Shown here piece by piece: positions 1-10,624 of a stretch of 64,000 nucleotides of DNA. Positions within the stretch are counted from its first letter, which is position 1, and every line of letters begins with the position of its first letter. The notes beneath the pieces are model-generated. The model did no database searches. It was given only the letters and a program-made list of their open reading frames with translations, and was not told the origin of the DNA. The position numbers and the translations under genes are program-made. Source of the DNA: an uncultured Chloroflexia bacterium (GTDB taxonomy: Bacteria > Chloroflexota > UBA6077 > JACCZL01); the NCBI GenBank assembly GCA_963765765.1, contig CAVXYC010000015.1, forward strand, positions 1 through 64,000. The letters run 5' to 3'.

Positions 1-390
1 CCACGCCGGCAAGGTGCCGTGATACAGAGTCAGGAGACCGCAATGGCCAGCATTCGTGTAGGCTCGGAGAGGCTGGCCACGGGAAGCGGCCGCCGTGGAT
101 TCTTGGCGAGTGTGATACTCGCGATAGCGGGGCTGCCAACCCGAGCGGGGGAGCGGGCGGCACTGGCCACGCAGGTCACCGGGGATAGCAGCACAAGCAA
201 GCGCGGCGTCAGGGCCGACAATAGCTCAACCAATATCGCCCTGGCCGCCGTCAACGGGCAGCCATGCCAGCCCAGTCTGACCGGCCCCAGCCGCCGCTGT
301 ACGCCTTCAATAACAACAACCACAAGGCGGTACGCGGCGGTCCGGAGCCCGTACGTGCGGATGCTAAAACGAACCCGTATGCGGCTCCGT
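1..390 (-). CDS. 5' part of a probable membrane protein running off the left edge (frameshifted)
   Basis: Hydrophobic stretches in ORF 30..455(-) (RLVVVVIE, LLVLLSP, MLAIAV). It is co-oriented with the adjacent glycosylation genes. Start and frame are uncertain. Confidence 0.3.
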
Positions 391-636
391 TCAACGGCTG
401 CACGCGATGGTGGCGCTGAGCCATTGAACTTGTGCAAGGTCCGATAGGGTCGCACCTTCGACGGGCCGGGCGCGCGTTAGTGCTTATGGAGTCCAGTTTC
501 GTACTCGGAGCGATTCACGTCCTCTATGTTTCAACTGGCTTGACGAAAATGAAGAACGTGACGCCTGACACATCTTCTGAACCGAGAAGTTGCATCCGAT
601 CTTGGGCGAAGGCAAAAAGGCGCTCATGACTCGCCC

Positions 637-2221
637 TCACGCTGGCATCAGCGGGTAGTCGGGGAGCCATGGTGCCCGCTGGCTGGTCACAATCAACACG
701 TCGCTCTGCTGGGCTTCTCGAAGTACGTCCTCCTGACTGAGGGTTTCTTCTAATGGTCCGTGTCCCAGGCGTCCGCTCCTGATATCAAACCACTTCCCGG
801 ATCTCTCATACAGAACCACTTGTATAGTCGTGGAAGAGATCTCAACGTGATGAGCGTCGAGTGACAAGTGGAACGACTGATCTGGATGACTCACCACCCA
901 CGAGCCGACAGCGTCGATGATCTGAGTGTACCCAGAGAGTGCCGCCTGCGAAGGCAGCCCTCGAATGTTGACGCCCGTGTGCCGCCATTGAGCCGCTAAG
1001 CCAAGCGCGATGATGACGACGCCAACTAACGTGGCTAACGTGCTGCCCTGAAGCCGAGCCTTCCAGACGCGGCTGGACGTGCACCACGCGACCACCCCAC
1101 TGATCAATAAGACTATTGGGGCAACGAAAATGCCGGCAACCGGGCTACTTTTCTGCGCGTTCACCGTGAGAACCAGATAGGGGACCGCAATGGCAAGTCC
1201 AACAGTTCCCAGAAACCAGAACATTGGAGGGCGAGAAGCCTTCGCTCCGTCGAGTGATGTTGCACCGTAAGCTCGTCTAGTCTTGAGGCGAAAGAGGCAA
1301 CTCCCGATCAACAATGCGACGGAGAGTCCTATGAAGGCCGTACCCAGATGATCTGCAAGAACCCGGCGAGGATAAAAGACTAAATCGTCTTTCAAGCTCC
1401 ATACGCCCTCGGCCAAACGCCGAGCGCCGGCCTCGCCCTCCAGTAACGTGCCCGCGAATGTAGTAGTTGGAAAACGTCTCGAAATTGGTCCCGATGATCA
1501 ACGCCAGGGCGATGGCCCAGACCGCCGTGATCATCATCCACCAGCGCGCGGACGCGCCCAGGCCTCGTTCCTTTGCATTCAGGAGCATGGAAAGTGCAAT
1601 CAGGCTGATTCCAAATGGAACCAGATAAAATCCTGAGAGCAGCCTGGTTGTCATGAGGATCAGGCCCGAGGCCGCGACGATTACGTAGTACCACGGGCGC
1701 TCACGTCCAGTGGCGGTCGCGATGACCGCGACTAAACCTCCCCACAGGCACGTAGTGGCAAAGTCCAGTCGAAAGTCGAATGGCCCCCCGGGGCCCAGCG
1801 TAAAGGTCCCCGTGCTCACCAGTAACCCCAGCGCGCACAGTGAAACCCAGGCGCCGAATCGTTTCTTCAGGACGACCGTCGTGATTCCCAACCAAGCAAC
1901 CGCGAAGACGAAACTCAAGTCCAACGCCGCCATCCGGCTAGGACCGACCAGGCTCATGAAGAGCGACGCCATCGTCTGCAGCAGCCAACCCTGAGTTCGG
2001 GTTTGGCGAAGGGCCTCAACTGTGCCGGTGATTGGGCCGTCTCGTGCAATGAGATCGAATCCCTTGTACGCCTCGGCCAGGTATTGAATTTGATCGGCCC
2101 AGAGCGGAACGTACGGTGCCACCGTGTGCACGGCCGAGGATCGAAGAAACGTGAGTTGGAGAGCTAGGGCGACGATGACCGTCGCGGTCCACAATAACTC
2201 AGAGGATCTTAGCGAACGCAT
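637..2221 (-). CDS. Polytopic GT-C-like glycosyltransferase (frameshift near 1420)
   Basis: ORFs 1277..2353 and 637..1416 joined. ATG at 2221 (MRSLRSSELL). First-loop acidic motif WADQIQYL, DFRLDF, about 10+ TM segments. Lies downstream of a polyprenol-P GT2. Confidence 0.6.
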
Positions 2222-2420
2222 CGGTGACGTCCCCGGGCCGGGCTTGGTGGGAATTGTCCGATCTCTGTACGCGGTCCATGTTAAGCGTGGTGGGCTTCGA
2301 TGTGGTGCAGACTGTGACGACCGAGCATCGGCGGGCTCAGCACGACCAGTCAAAGGTCTGCGCGGTATTCGTGGCTCATCGTCGCGAACCGGGTGCTGAA
2401 CGGGCCCCGCAGGCCGGCGT

Positions 2421-2753
2421 ATGGGATGGTCAGGTGTTCCACATCGACTGGCTCTTTCAGAGCTCCGCGAGCGGGAACGACTGCTCGCTCCTCAGGACCT
2501 GGAGATCAGGCGCCTTGCGACAGCATTTGCTTCCGAGAGATTTGCACTCACCACAATTCGCGGGTCGCGTGCCTGGCAGGCCGTGGCGGCATTCTGGACA
2601 CTGAAGGCGAGGCTGCGAGATCGCCTGAAACTTAACCGGGCCGCGGGCACGCGACAAATGAGCTCCCTCGACGCGCATGGAAATCCACGCTGCGCCGCAG
2701 TGAATCGGTACGGGTTTCCGCTAACAGACCGCGCCCAAGCTCAATTGCGTTGA
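2421..2753 (+). CDS. Small coiled-coil/amphipathic-helix protein or fragment (SRAW...LKARLR motif)
   Basis: LRERERLLAPQDLEIRRL...TIRGSRAWQAVAAFWTLKARLR resembles the coiled-coil + SxSW amphipathic tail of glycan methyl/glycosyltransferases. Confidence 0.35.
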   Translation: MGWSGVPHRLALSELRERERLLAPQDLEIRRLATAFASERFALTTIRGSRAWQAVAAFWTLKARLRDRLKLNRAAGTRQMSSLDAHGNPRCAAVNRYGFPLTDRAQAQLR

Positions 2754-2934
2754 TCTTACCGCGGTCGACCAGCCCGCTGAGTAAACAGCACGTCTCCTAC
2801 TGAATCCGACCGGTCCTGAGTTTGCTACGGCAGGACCTATGGCAGTCTACCCGTTGTGTTCCACATTTGGACCGTCAGGCCACCATGATCGGGGTTGCAG
2901 CGGTCGAATAGTCAAACGTTGAATCTTCTAACGA

Positions 2935-3698
2935 CTAACTTGGCGGCATTACAGGTCGCGAAGCACCTGCGCGTACGGCCCTAGCGTCGGTATATCGCCC
3001 AGAGCGAATCCGCAATAGATCACGTGCGTTTCGGATATTCCCAGCCACGAGCTGCAGACGGGTGTCACCGTCATCACGCCAGACGATCCCGGTCTCCTTA
3101 ACGGGTACCCCAGTTTCTCCGCGAGCCACAGTATTTCGACGTCGCACATGTACCCATCAATTCGAGTGAGTGCAAAAATGTCCTGCGCGGCCTGGCGAGT
3201 AAAAAACTTGAACCCGCATTGCGTATCTTGAATCTGATTGAGGCCGACAAGGGCATGCATCAACAATCCGAACGCTCGAGATCCAATCTGTCGGAACCAT
3301 GGCTGATGCCGCTCGATGAGCGAGTCGCTGAGTGCTCGTGAGCCGATAACCAGATCGAATCCGTCGTTAAACCATGGCAGCAGCTTAGCCATCTCCCCGA
3401 TCGGCACTTTATAGTCAGCGTCCATAAAACCGACTATCTCTCCTTGCGCCATTCGCATTCCCTGCCGCAGACCATATCCCTTGCCGTGGCGGCCGCGCTC
3501 AAACGTGAGCTCGAGCGACGGCCATTCCGTTGCAATGCTCTTAACGACATCTGGAGTCGCGTCTGTTCCGTCCGCAGCGACGATTACCTGATAGGCATAG
3601 CTTTGTTCATCAAGGTATGCACGAATGGCGCTCAGGGCGCTACTGATGGCAGCTTCTTCGTTGAATGCGGGTAGTACCAAACTTAGATGTGGAGTCAC
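2935..3698 (-). CDS. GT2 polyprenyl/dolichyl-phosphate glycosyltransferase (ALG5/DPM1-like), frameshift near 3100
   Basis: LSLVLPAFNEE, AADGTD, GKGYGLRQG, FMDAD, DTQCGFKFF, DVEIL. The C-terminus continues in ORF 2935..3147 (KETGIVWRDDGDTRL). Confidence 0.85.
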
Positions 3699-3764
3699 GA
3701 GCGAAAAAAGTCCCCGGGCGTGGTCAGGAAGGAATGCAACGGGTCACGAGAATACCGTCTCCGT

Positions 3765-3794
3765 GGTGATGCTGTCAACGGTGATGCTGTCAAC
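3765..3794. repeat. Perfect 15-bp tandem duplication GGTGATGCTGTCAAC x2
   Basis: Read directly: 3765-3779 and 3780-3794, intergenic. Confidence 0.9.
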
Positions 3795-3825
3795 AACTGC
3801 CGCCGCATCAATCCCGCAGCGATAT

Positions 3826-4757
3826 TTACTTCACCAGAGTCATGGTGCACCGAATACCGAAGGGCCAGCGGCACCAACGACCGATGAACCGTTCCAGCCG
3901 TAGCAGCGTTCGCAGGAGGCCGCTTCCGCGACTTTGACGGATCTGTTCAGCTACACGTTGCTGCTTGGATTCCACGTCAGAGGATTGCGATCGCTGGTTC
4001 CGCATCTTGGCAATATAAAACGGCGGATATATGAACGCGCCAAGGTGGGACGCGCAAGTCACCCTGAAGCCCACCGATTTAGCCTTGTCGGCCAGTCCAC
4101 TCAAGGAATACCGTCGGTGGTGCATAAGTAGCTCGTCGTATATGTCGTATAGCTTGGGGCCGGCTGGGACTTCTATGATTGCCGCGCCGCCCGGCTTCAG
4201 AATGCGATAGATCTGGCGTAGCGCCTCGACATCGTCTTCGATATGCTCCAGTACGTTAAGCGTCACCACCGCATCGATGCTCTCTGACGGTAGGGGGCAC
4301 CGGTCAGGTCAAACTGGAGCAATGGTAGGCCGGGACCTCGGCGGGCGAGTTCATCCAGCGGACCGTGGACGTAGTCGGAACCAATTACCAGGGAGTTGGA
4401 GTGCCGTGCCCGAATTGCATCGAGCATATAACCCGATGAGCATCCCGCTTCCAGTATTACTGCGCCTTCCCTTGGGGCGATCGCACTAAGAGCGGCGAGT
4501 GCAATCGCCCGCGATGTGATCTCAATCGGATGGTTAGAGCCCGCCGCATCCTCGTGAAATGCTGTGAGCTCGTCAGTCCAGCCAGACTCCGAGGCTTCAT
4601 AGCGCAATACGGCTTCTTTGGAATCACCTACCCGAAAGCGCTTACCGTCCCAGATGGGACTCGGTCCATTCGGCTCAATGGGTGGGAACGGGTATGTACT
4701 GGAAGGTTGGACAGCAGGGCCCATCGGATCCTGCTCGCTCGCAACAGACTGACTCAC
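3826..4757 (-). CDS. Class I SAM-dependent methyltransferase (frameshift near 4300)
   Basis: Motif I ILEAGCSSGYML in ORF 4263..4757. LNVLEHIEDD, ILKPGG and HHRRYS in ORF 3826..4269. Confidence 0.85.
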
Positions 4758-5163
4758 GTTGAGAAGTGCGCTCCAATCATCGCCGCCGCCGAATCAGAGA
4801 AGTAAAGAGAACTGGCATGATTTACTCACTCCCAAATCGGCGCATGGAGGCTCCTAGGCAGGCCAATAATACCGTCGTGCAAGGGCGCGAAGTATCTGCG
4901 GACTGGTAAGCAACGGGAGCGAATCGAGACTGTATCGAAATCGTTACCAGATAGCTGGCTGCGTCCTTGTTCGTCAATGTCCATGTATGCGGTGGGTAAT
5001 CTAATACGGCGGGCACGCGAAGGCAAAGGCTATGCACGTCGGCAGTAGCGAAACGGAATCCCCGGCGAGCCTCGTGGGATCGCAATCCGAAACGTCGCCA
5101 TCTGTTAGGGCTTGGCGCGCCGTTTTGGCGGCTCTAGTCGTCAAGTTCTGAGATCCCTTCATA

Positions 5164-5193
5164 ATAACGATCAAACTCATAACGATCAAACTC
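5164..5193. repeat. Perfect 15-bp tandem duplication ATAACGATCAAACTC x2
   Basis: Read directly: 5164-5178 and 5179-5193, in the divergent intergenic region. Confidence 0.9.
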
Positions 5194-5469
5194 CGACCAG
5201 GCCGCGGCCGTCGACACCGCGCAGCAAGATAAGGTAGCTGACTCGCGAACAGTCAGTCACGAGCTTCCCCGCCTGCCTTGCGCGAATAGAGGTGGTTCCG
5301 CCGGAGTCTGGTTTGCTACGATCAGGGCCCCGTTTGTACATCGTCGTACTGCTAACTTAGCTGTTGCTGTGGTCGGCGGTGTTCGATGCCTTCAATCCTG
5401 TCGAGCCCTCGCTGAATTGGCTGCACCAGCGGCCCCCGACCATACTCTACCGTCATGGGAGTCGAATAG

Positions 5470-6420
5470 TTGCGCGTCTTCGTCACCGGTGGAGCGGGCT
5501 TCATTGGTAGTAACCTGGTGGATCGCCTGCTTGCCCGCGGTGACGATGTCACAGTGTTCGACAACCTTTCCACCGGTAGGCTGGAGTTTCTGAGCGGAGC
5601 ATCAGCGTCCGGGGCGCGGTTGGTGCGGGGCGACATCCTTGATCTGGATGCGTTGACCCACGCTGTGGGAGGTCATGATGTCGTGTTTCATCTCGCGGCA
5701 AACGCTGACGTGCGCTTTGGCCTGGAGCGACCACGGCGTGACCTTGAGCAGAATACTATTGCGACGCACAACGTTCTCGAAGCGATGCGGATAGCGGGAG
5801 TACCGCGAATCGGCTTTTCATCAACGGGCTCGATTTATGGCGAGCCGAGCGTTTACCCAACCCCCGAGGAGTGCCCATTTCCAGTCCAGACATCGCTTTA
5901 TGGCGCTTCGAAACTCGCGGCGGAGGGGCTCATAGGAGCCTATGCCACGGGCTTCGGAATCCAGGGCATGATCTTCCGCTTCGTATCGATTCTCGGCGAG
6001 CGATACACCCACGGTCATGTCGTGGATTTCTATCGAAAGCTGCATGCGAATCCCCGTGAGATTGAAGTCCTTGGGAACGGTAAGCAAAGGAAGTCGTATC
6101 TTTACGTACAAGATTGCATCGATGCCATTTTTACCGTTCTTGATGCTGAAACCGCACCCGTAGCGGTCTTCAACCTGGGGACAGATGAGCATTGCACGGT
6201 CGATGAATCCCTGGGCTGGATCTGCGAGGCGATGGACCTTAAACCGGAGCGCCGTTACTCAGGTGGCGACCGTGGCTGGGTGGGCGATAACCCGTTCATC
6301 TTTCTTGATACGACACGCATACGCTCGCTCGGTTGGTCGCCGAAGCTGACGATCCGCGAAGGCGTGCTGCGCACCCTGAGCTATCTGCGAGAACATCCGG
6401 AGCTGTTGCCTTCCGCATGA
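5470..6420 (+). CDS. NAD-dependent NDP-sugar epimerase/dehydratase (extended SDR)
   Basis: TGGAGFIG, HLAANADV, SSTGSIYG, YGASK. TTG start. Stop overlaps the next ATG. Confidence 0.92.
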   Translation: MRVFVTGGAGFIGSNLVDRLLARGDDVTVFDNLSTGRLEFLSGASASGARLVRGDILDLDALTHAVGGHDVVFHLAANADVRFGLERPRRDLEQNTIATHNVLEAMRIAGVPRIGFSSTGSIYGEPSVYPTPEECPFPVQTSLYGASKLAAEGLIGAYATGFGIQGMIFRFVSILGERYTHGHVVDFYRKLHANPREIEVLGNGKQRKSYLYVQDCIDAIFTVLDAETAPVAVFNLGTDEHCTVDESLGWICEAMDLKPERRYSGGDRGWVGDNPFIFLDTTRIRSLGWSPKLTIREGVLRTLSYLREHPELLPSA

Positions 6421-7720
6421 TGCCATCAACGTCGATTTGCGTGTTCGGAATCTGGCACCTTGGCTGTGTAACAGCGGCGTGCCTGGCTGCTGAGGGATTC
6501 GATGTAGTCGGGCTGGACACTGATGAAGAGCGCGTGTCTGAACTCGTTCGGGGGGATCCTCCGATCAGCGAGCCCGGACTTACGGAGCTCATGCAGGAGC
6601 AAATGGCCTCGGGCCGATTGCGCTTTACCACTGATCCGAACAGTGGACTTCGGGATGCGGATGTGCTGCTGGTAGCGATCGATACGCCTGTCAATGATGA
6701 TGACGTGGCGGATGTTGACTGGCTCTCGAACCAGCTCGAGGCTGTACGCTCGGCGGTGCGACCCACAGCTTGGTACTCATCACATCCCAGGTTCCGGTGG
6801 GATTCAGTCGCCGCCTGGAACGAGAATGGCAGAGCAGTGATCCAACGCTCAGCTTCGCCTATAGCCCGGAAAACGTGCGACTTGGCCAGGCCATTCAAGC
6901 CTTTCGGGTGCCCGGGCGAGTGGTCATTGGTCTCGGCGAGGGGGTGCCGCGAGAACGCCTCCAGCGGGTGTTTGAGCCATTCACCGGCACAATTGTATGG
7001 ATGTCACTTGAATCGGCGGAGATGACAAAGCACGCGATTAACGCGTTTCTGGCGATGTCGGTGGTGTACGCCAATGAGGTGGGGCGAGTCTGCGAGCAGG
7101 TGGGTGCCGACGCCCGAGAGGTGGAGAGAGGATTGCGATCGGAGCCGCGCATCGGCGAGCGCGCCTACGTTTCGGCTGGACCTGCGATCGCTGGAGGGAC
7201 GCTGGCGCGCGATGTCGCGTTCCTTTCCGAGTTGGCAAGTCGTCATAATATCGAGACTCCAGTGTTCAACGCGATCCGTGAAAGCGATGCCGTGCACAAT
7301 TTGTGGACGCAGCGTCATCTCGCACGGGTGTTGAGCGGTGTCGAGCAGCCGCGAGTGGCGCTTCTCGGCCTTACGTATAAAGTAGGGACCGATACGCTTC
7401 GCCGCTCTTCGGCCGTGGAGCTCGGCCGCTGGCTGCTCAACCAGGGTGTCAAGGTTGTCGCATTTGATCCTGCCGTCCAGGAGCGGCGTCCAGAGATCGA
7501 GGGCATGGAGCTTTGCTTCAATCTCGGTGACGTTCTGAGAGGGGCAGACGTGGCCATCATTGCAATCGCCTGGCCTCAATTTCGCGAGGTCAAGGGAGAC
7601 ACCATCGTGTCACTTATGCGACGGCCCACGGTCATAGATCAGGCTGCGGTCGCATCCCTACTCGAGGACGATTCCAGGGTGCAGTACATTCGCGTTGGCC
7701 GGCCTGTGGGGGCTGCTTGA
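6417..7720 (+). CDS. UDP-glucose/GDP-mannose dehydrogenase-family protein lacking the catalytic Cys (frameshift near 6770)
   Basis: PISEPGL, DTPV, YSPENVRLG, AEMTKHAINAFLA, LGLTYKVGTDTLRRS. The canonical GGSCxPKD reads AGGTLARD. Confidence 0.85.
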
Positions 7721-8587
7721 TGGAGCTCGTAGGCAGAGTCGCGCTGGTGACCGGCGGCAGCCGGGGCCTTGGCAAAGCCATCACCGAGGAGCTGCTACGA
7801 GGCGGCGCGCACGTGATGGTGATGGCCAGGGACCGTCCGGTCCTGAGTGAGGCGATGGCTCGAGTTTCAACTGAAAGTCTCAACCAGATCAGCAGGTGGT
7901 TGGCGGTCTCGGGCAGACGTGGCGCTGGCGGATGACGTCGACCGCGCTGTCGCCGAGACGTGCCAGGAGCTGGGGCGGTTGGACGTCCTGGTCTGCAACG
8001 CCGGTATCTACGGCCCGCTCGGCCGCATCGAAGACGTCTCCTGGGAAGCCTGGTCGGACACCATCGCCATCAATCTTTTTGGCGTGGTGCATTGTTGCCG
8101 AGCCGCTCTGCCTGTGATGCGCCAGCAGCGCTACGGAAAGATCATCGCACTCTCCGGCGGTGGCGCCACTGCGCCGCTACCACGGATAAGTGCCTACGCG
8201 GCCTCGAAAGCAGCCGTTGTGAGGTTTATCGAAACGCTGGCGCTCGAGGTAGCCAACGACGGCATCGACGTGAATTCGATTGCACCCGGCGCGCTGAATA
8301 CGCGTCTCCTGGATCAGGTGATCGATGCCGGACCGGACGTTGTGGGCACTGATTACTTTGCACGGATGGTGCGCGAGAAGGAGCGTGGGGGTACGCCATT
8401 GGAAACCGGCGCTGAGCTCGTTCGATTTCTCGCGTCGGCCGCATCTGATGGCATTACGGGGCGCATTATCTCGGCCGTTTGGGACGACTGGCGGCATATG
8501 CCTGATATGCGCGACCGACTTGCGACCAGTGACGTCTATACCCTGCGTCGGATCGTTCCTGAGGATCGGGGCTGGTCGGAAGAGTGA
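7720..8587 (+). CDS. Classical SDR oxidoreductase (frameshift near 7910)
   Basis: VALVTGGSRGLG in ORF 7717..7935. LVCNAG, YAASK and NSIAPG in ORF 7847..8587. Confidence 0.88.
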
Positions 8588-9564
8588 ACTTCGCGATTGT
8601 TGGTTGTGGCCTTATTGGACAAAAACGTGCTCGAGCACTCGGTGAGCATCGAGTTGTCGCATGCGCGGATCCGGCTCTGGCTCGCGCCGAGGCACTTGCC
8701 GCGCAGTACGCCGGCTCCATCGCATCGGCTCGGCACGAGGACGTGATCAAGCTACCCGAAGTGGAGGCGGTCATCGTGGCTACCACTAATGACTCGCTGG
8801 CATCACTGGCGCTCGCCGCGGCCGAGGCCGGTAAGCATGTGCTGGTGGAGAAGCCCGGTGGCCGCCGAGCATCCGAGCTCGCGTCTTTGCCAGCGGCTGC
8901 GGCGCGGCAGGGCGTTGTGGTCAAAGTTGGCTTCAACCATCGCTTCCATCCTGCTCTATGGAAGGCGCATGAGCTCGTTGACGATGGCGCTATCGGTCCA
9001 GTCAGCCACATCCGCGGACGCTACGGACATGGCGGTCGGCCCGGCTACGATCGGGAGTGGCGGGCCGATCCTCAGATTGCCGGAGGAGGCGAGATGCTGG
9101 ATCAAGGGACGCATCTCATCGATCTCTCGCGCTGGTTCATTGGCGACTTCGCTCATGTTACAGGTCACGTGACGACGAGCTACTGGCAGATGCCTGTTGA
9201 GGACAACGGCTTCATCTCACTCACGACCGATGCCGGTCAGACAGCATGGCTGCACGCGAGCTGCACGGAGTGGAAGAACCTGTTTTCGTTCGAGATTTTC
9301 GGTCGCGACGGCAAGCTTCAGATCGATGGATTGGGTGGAAGCTATGGCGTGGAGCGGCTGACCTATTACCGCATGCTTCCAGAGATGGGACCTCCCGAGA
9401 CCACGAGCTGGGAATTTCCTTTTGAAGATCGATCGTGGGATCGTGAGATCCAACACTTCGTTGACTGCATTCGTAGTGGCGAGACCGTATTGGGTTCTGT
9501 GCACGATGCAATGGCGGCACTGTCTATCGTGGAAGACGTGTATCGGCAGAGTGGCACGCTGTGA
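8584..9564 (+). CDS. Gfo/Idh/MocA-family oxidoreductase
   Basis: IVGCGLIG, HVLVEKP, GFNHRF, GGGEMLDQGTHLID. Confidence 0.92.
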   Translation: MNFAIVGCGLIGQKRARALGEHRVVACADPALARAEALAAQYAGSIASARHEDVIKLPEVEAVIVATTNDSLASLALAAAEAGKHVLVEKPGGRRASELASLPAAAARQGVVVKVGFNHRFHPALWKAHELVDDGAIGPVSHIRGRYGHGGRPGYDREWRADPQIAGGGEMLDQGTHLIDLSRWFIGDFAHVTGHVTTSYWQMPVEDNGFISLTTDAGQTAWLHASCTEWKNLFSFEIFGRDGKLQIDGLGGSYGVERLTYYRMLPEMGPPETTSWEFPFEDRSWDREIQHFVDCIRSGETVLGSVHDAMAALSIVEDVYRQSGTL

Positions 9565-10537
9565 TCATCACTCGTAGCCCACTACGCATCACGCTCGGCG
9601 GTGGCGGCACCGACCTTCCATCCTACTATGAGCGGCACGGCGGCTTTTTGATTGCCGCCGCGATCGACAAATACGTCTACATCACCGTCCACGATACCTT
9701 TGTAGATGATCTGATCGTGAAGTATTCGAAGCTCGAGCGAGTCAGCTCATCCAGCGATATCGAACACCCGATATTTCGCGAAGCGCTGCGACTGCTCGAC
9801 ATTCCAGGGCCCGGCGCTGGAGATCTCCAGCATGGCGGACATTCCGGCAGGGACAGGCCTGGGCTCGTCTGGCAGCTTCACAACGGCACTTGCTCAAGGC
9901 TCTTCATGCACACCAGAAGCATCTCATCCACCCTCGGGAGCTCGCCGAGGAGGCGTGTCACATTGAGATTGACTTGCTGAGGGAAGAGATTGGTAAGCAG
10001 GATCAGTACATCGCCGCGTTTGGCGGCGTGACCTGCTTCGAATTTGAGCCGGACGGCACCGTCGTCGCGGAAGCCGTTGACGGATGTCCACTGAGACGCT
10101 CTATAACCTCGAGGACAACCTTCTCTTGTTCTTCACCGGATATTCACGATCAGCGTCCCAGGTCTGCAGGATCAGAATCAGCGAACACTCCTGGCGACCA
10201 GGACGTAGAGCGAATCTCACGAGCTCAAGGAGATGCGCTCTCGCAGCCGCAACGCGCTCGAACTGGGGATCTCAGGCATTTGGCGGCTGCTCAACGTTCA
10301 GTGGGAGCAAAAGAAGAGAGCGGAGGCCCGACCACCAACGAGGACATCGATCGCTGGTACAGGATTGGAATCGAGAACAGTGCGCTCGGCGGAAAGCTGG
10401 TTGGAGCAGGCGGTGGCGGATTCCTGATGTTCTATGCCGAGGACAAGGTCCACCTTCGGGCAGCCATGAGCCGAGCGGGTCTCCGTGAGGTCCGTTTCCG
10501 ATTTGATTTCGAAGGATCGCGGATCGTCATTCAGTGA
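9561..10537 (+). CDS. GHMP sugar-phosphate kinase (HddA/LmbP-like), several frameshifts
   Basis: MIITRSPLRITLGGGGTD, PAGTGLGSSG (shifted frame), GKQDQY, GGKLVGAGGGGF. Confidence 0.88.
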
Positions 10538-10624
10538 CGCGGCATGAGGATCCGAGTGCGTCTGCCATAGATCTTTTGATTTGCGAAGCGAAGCCAATAA
10601 ATCCCGTAGTGCGCCGGAGTTGAG

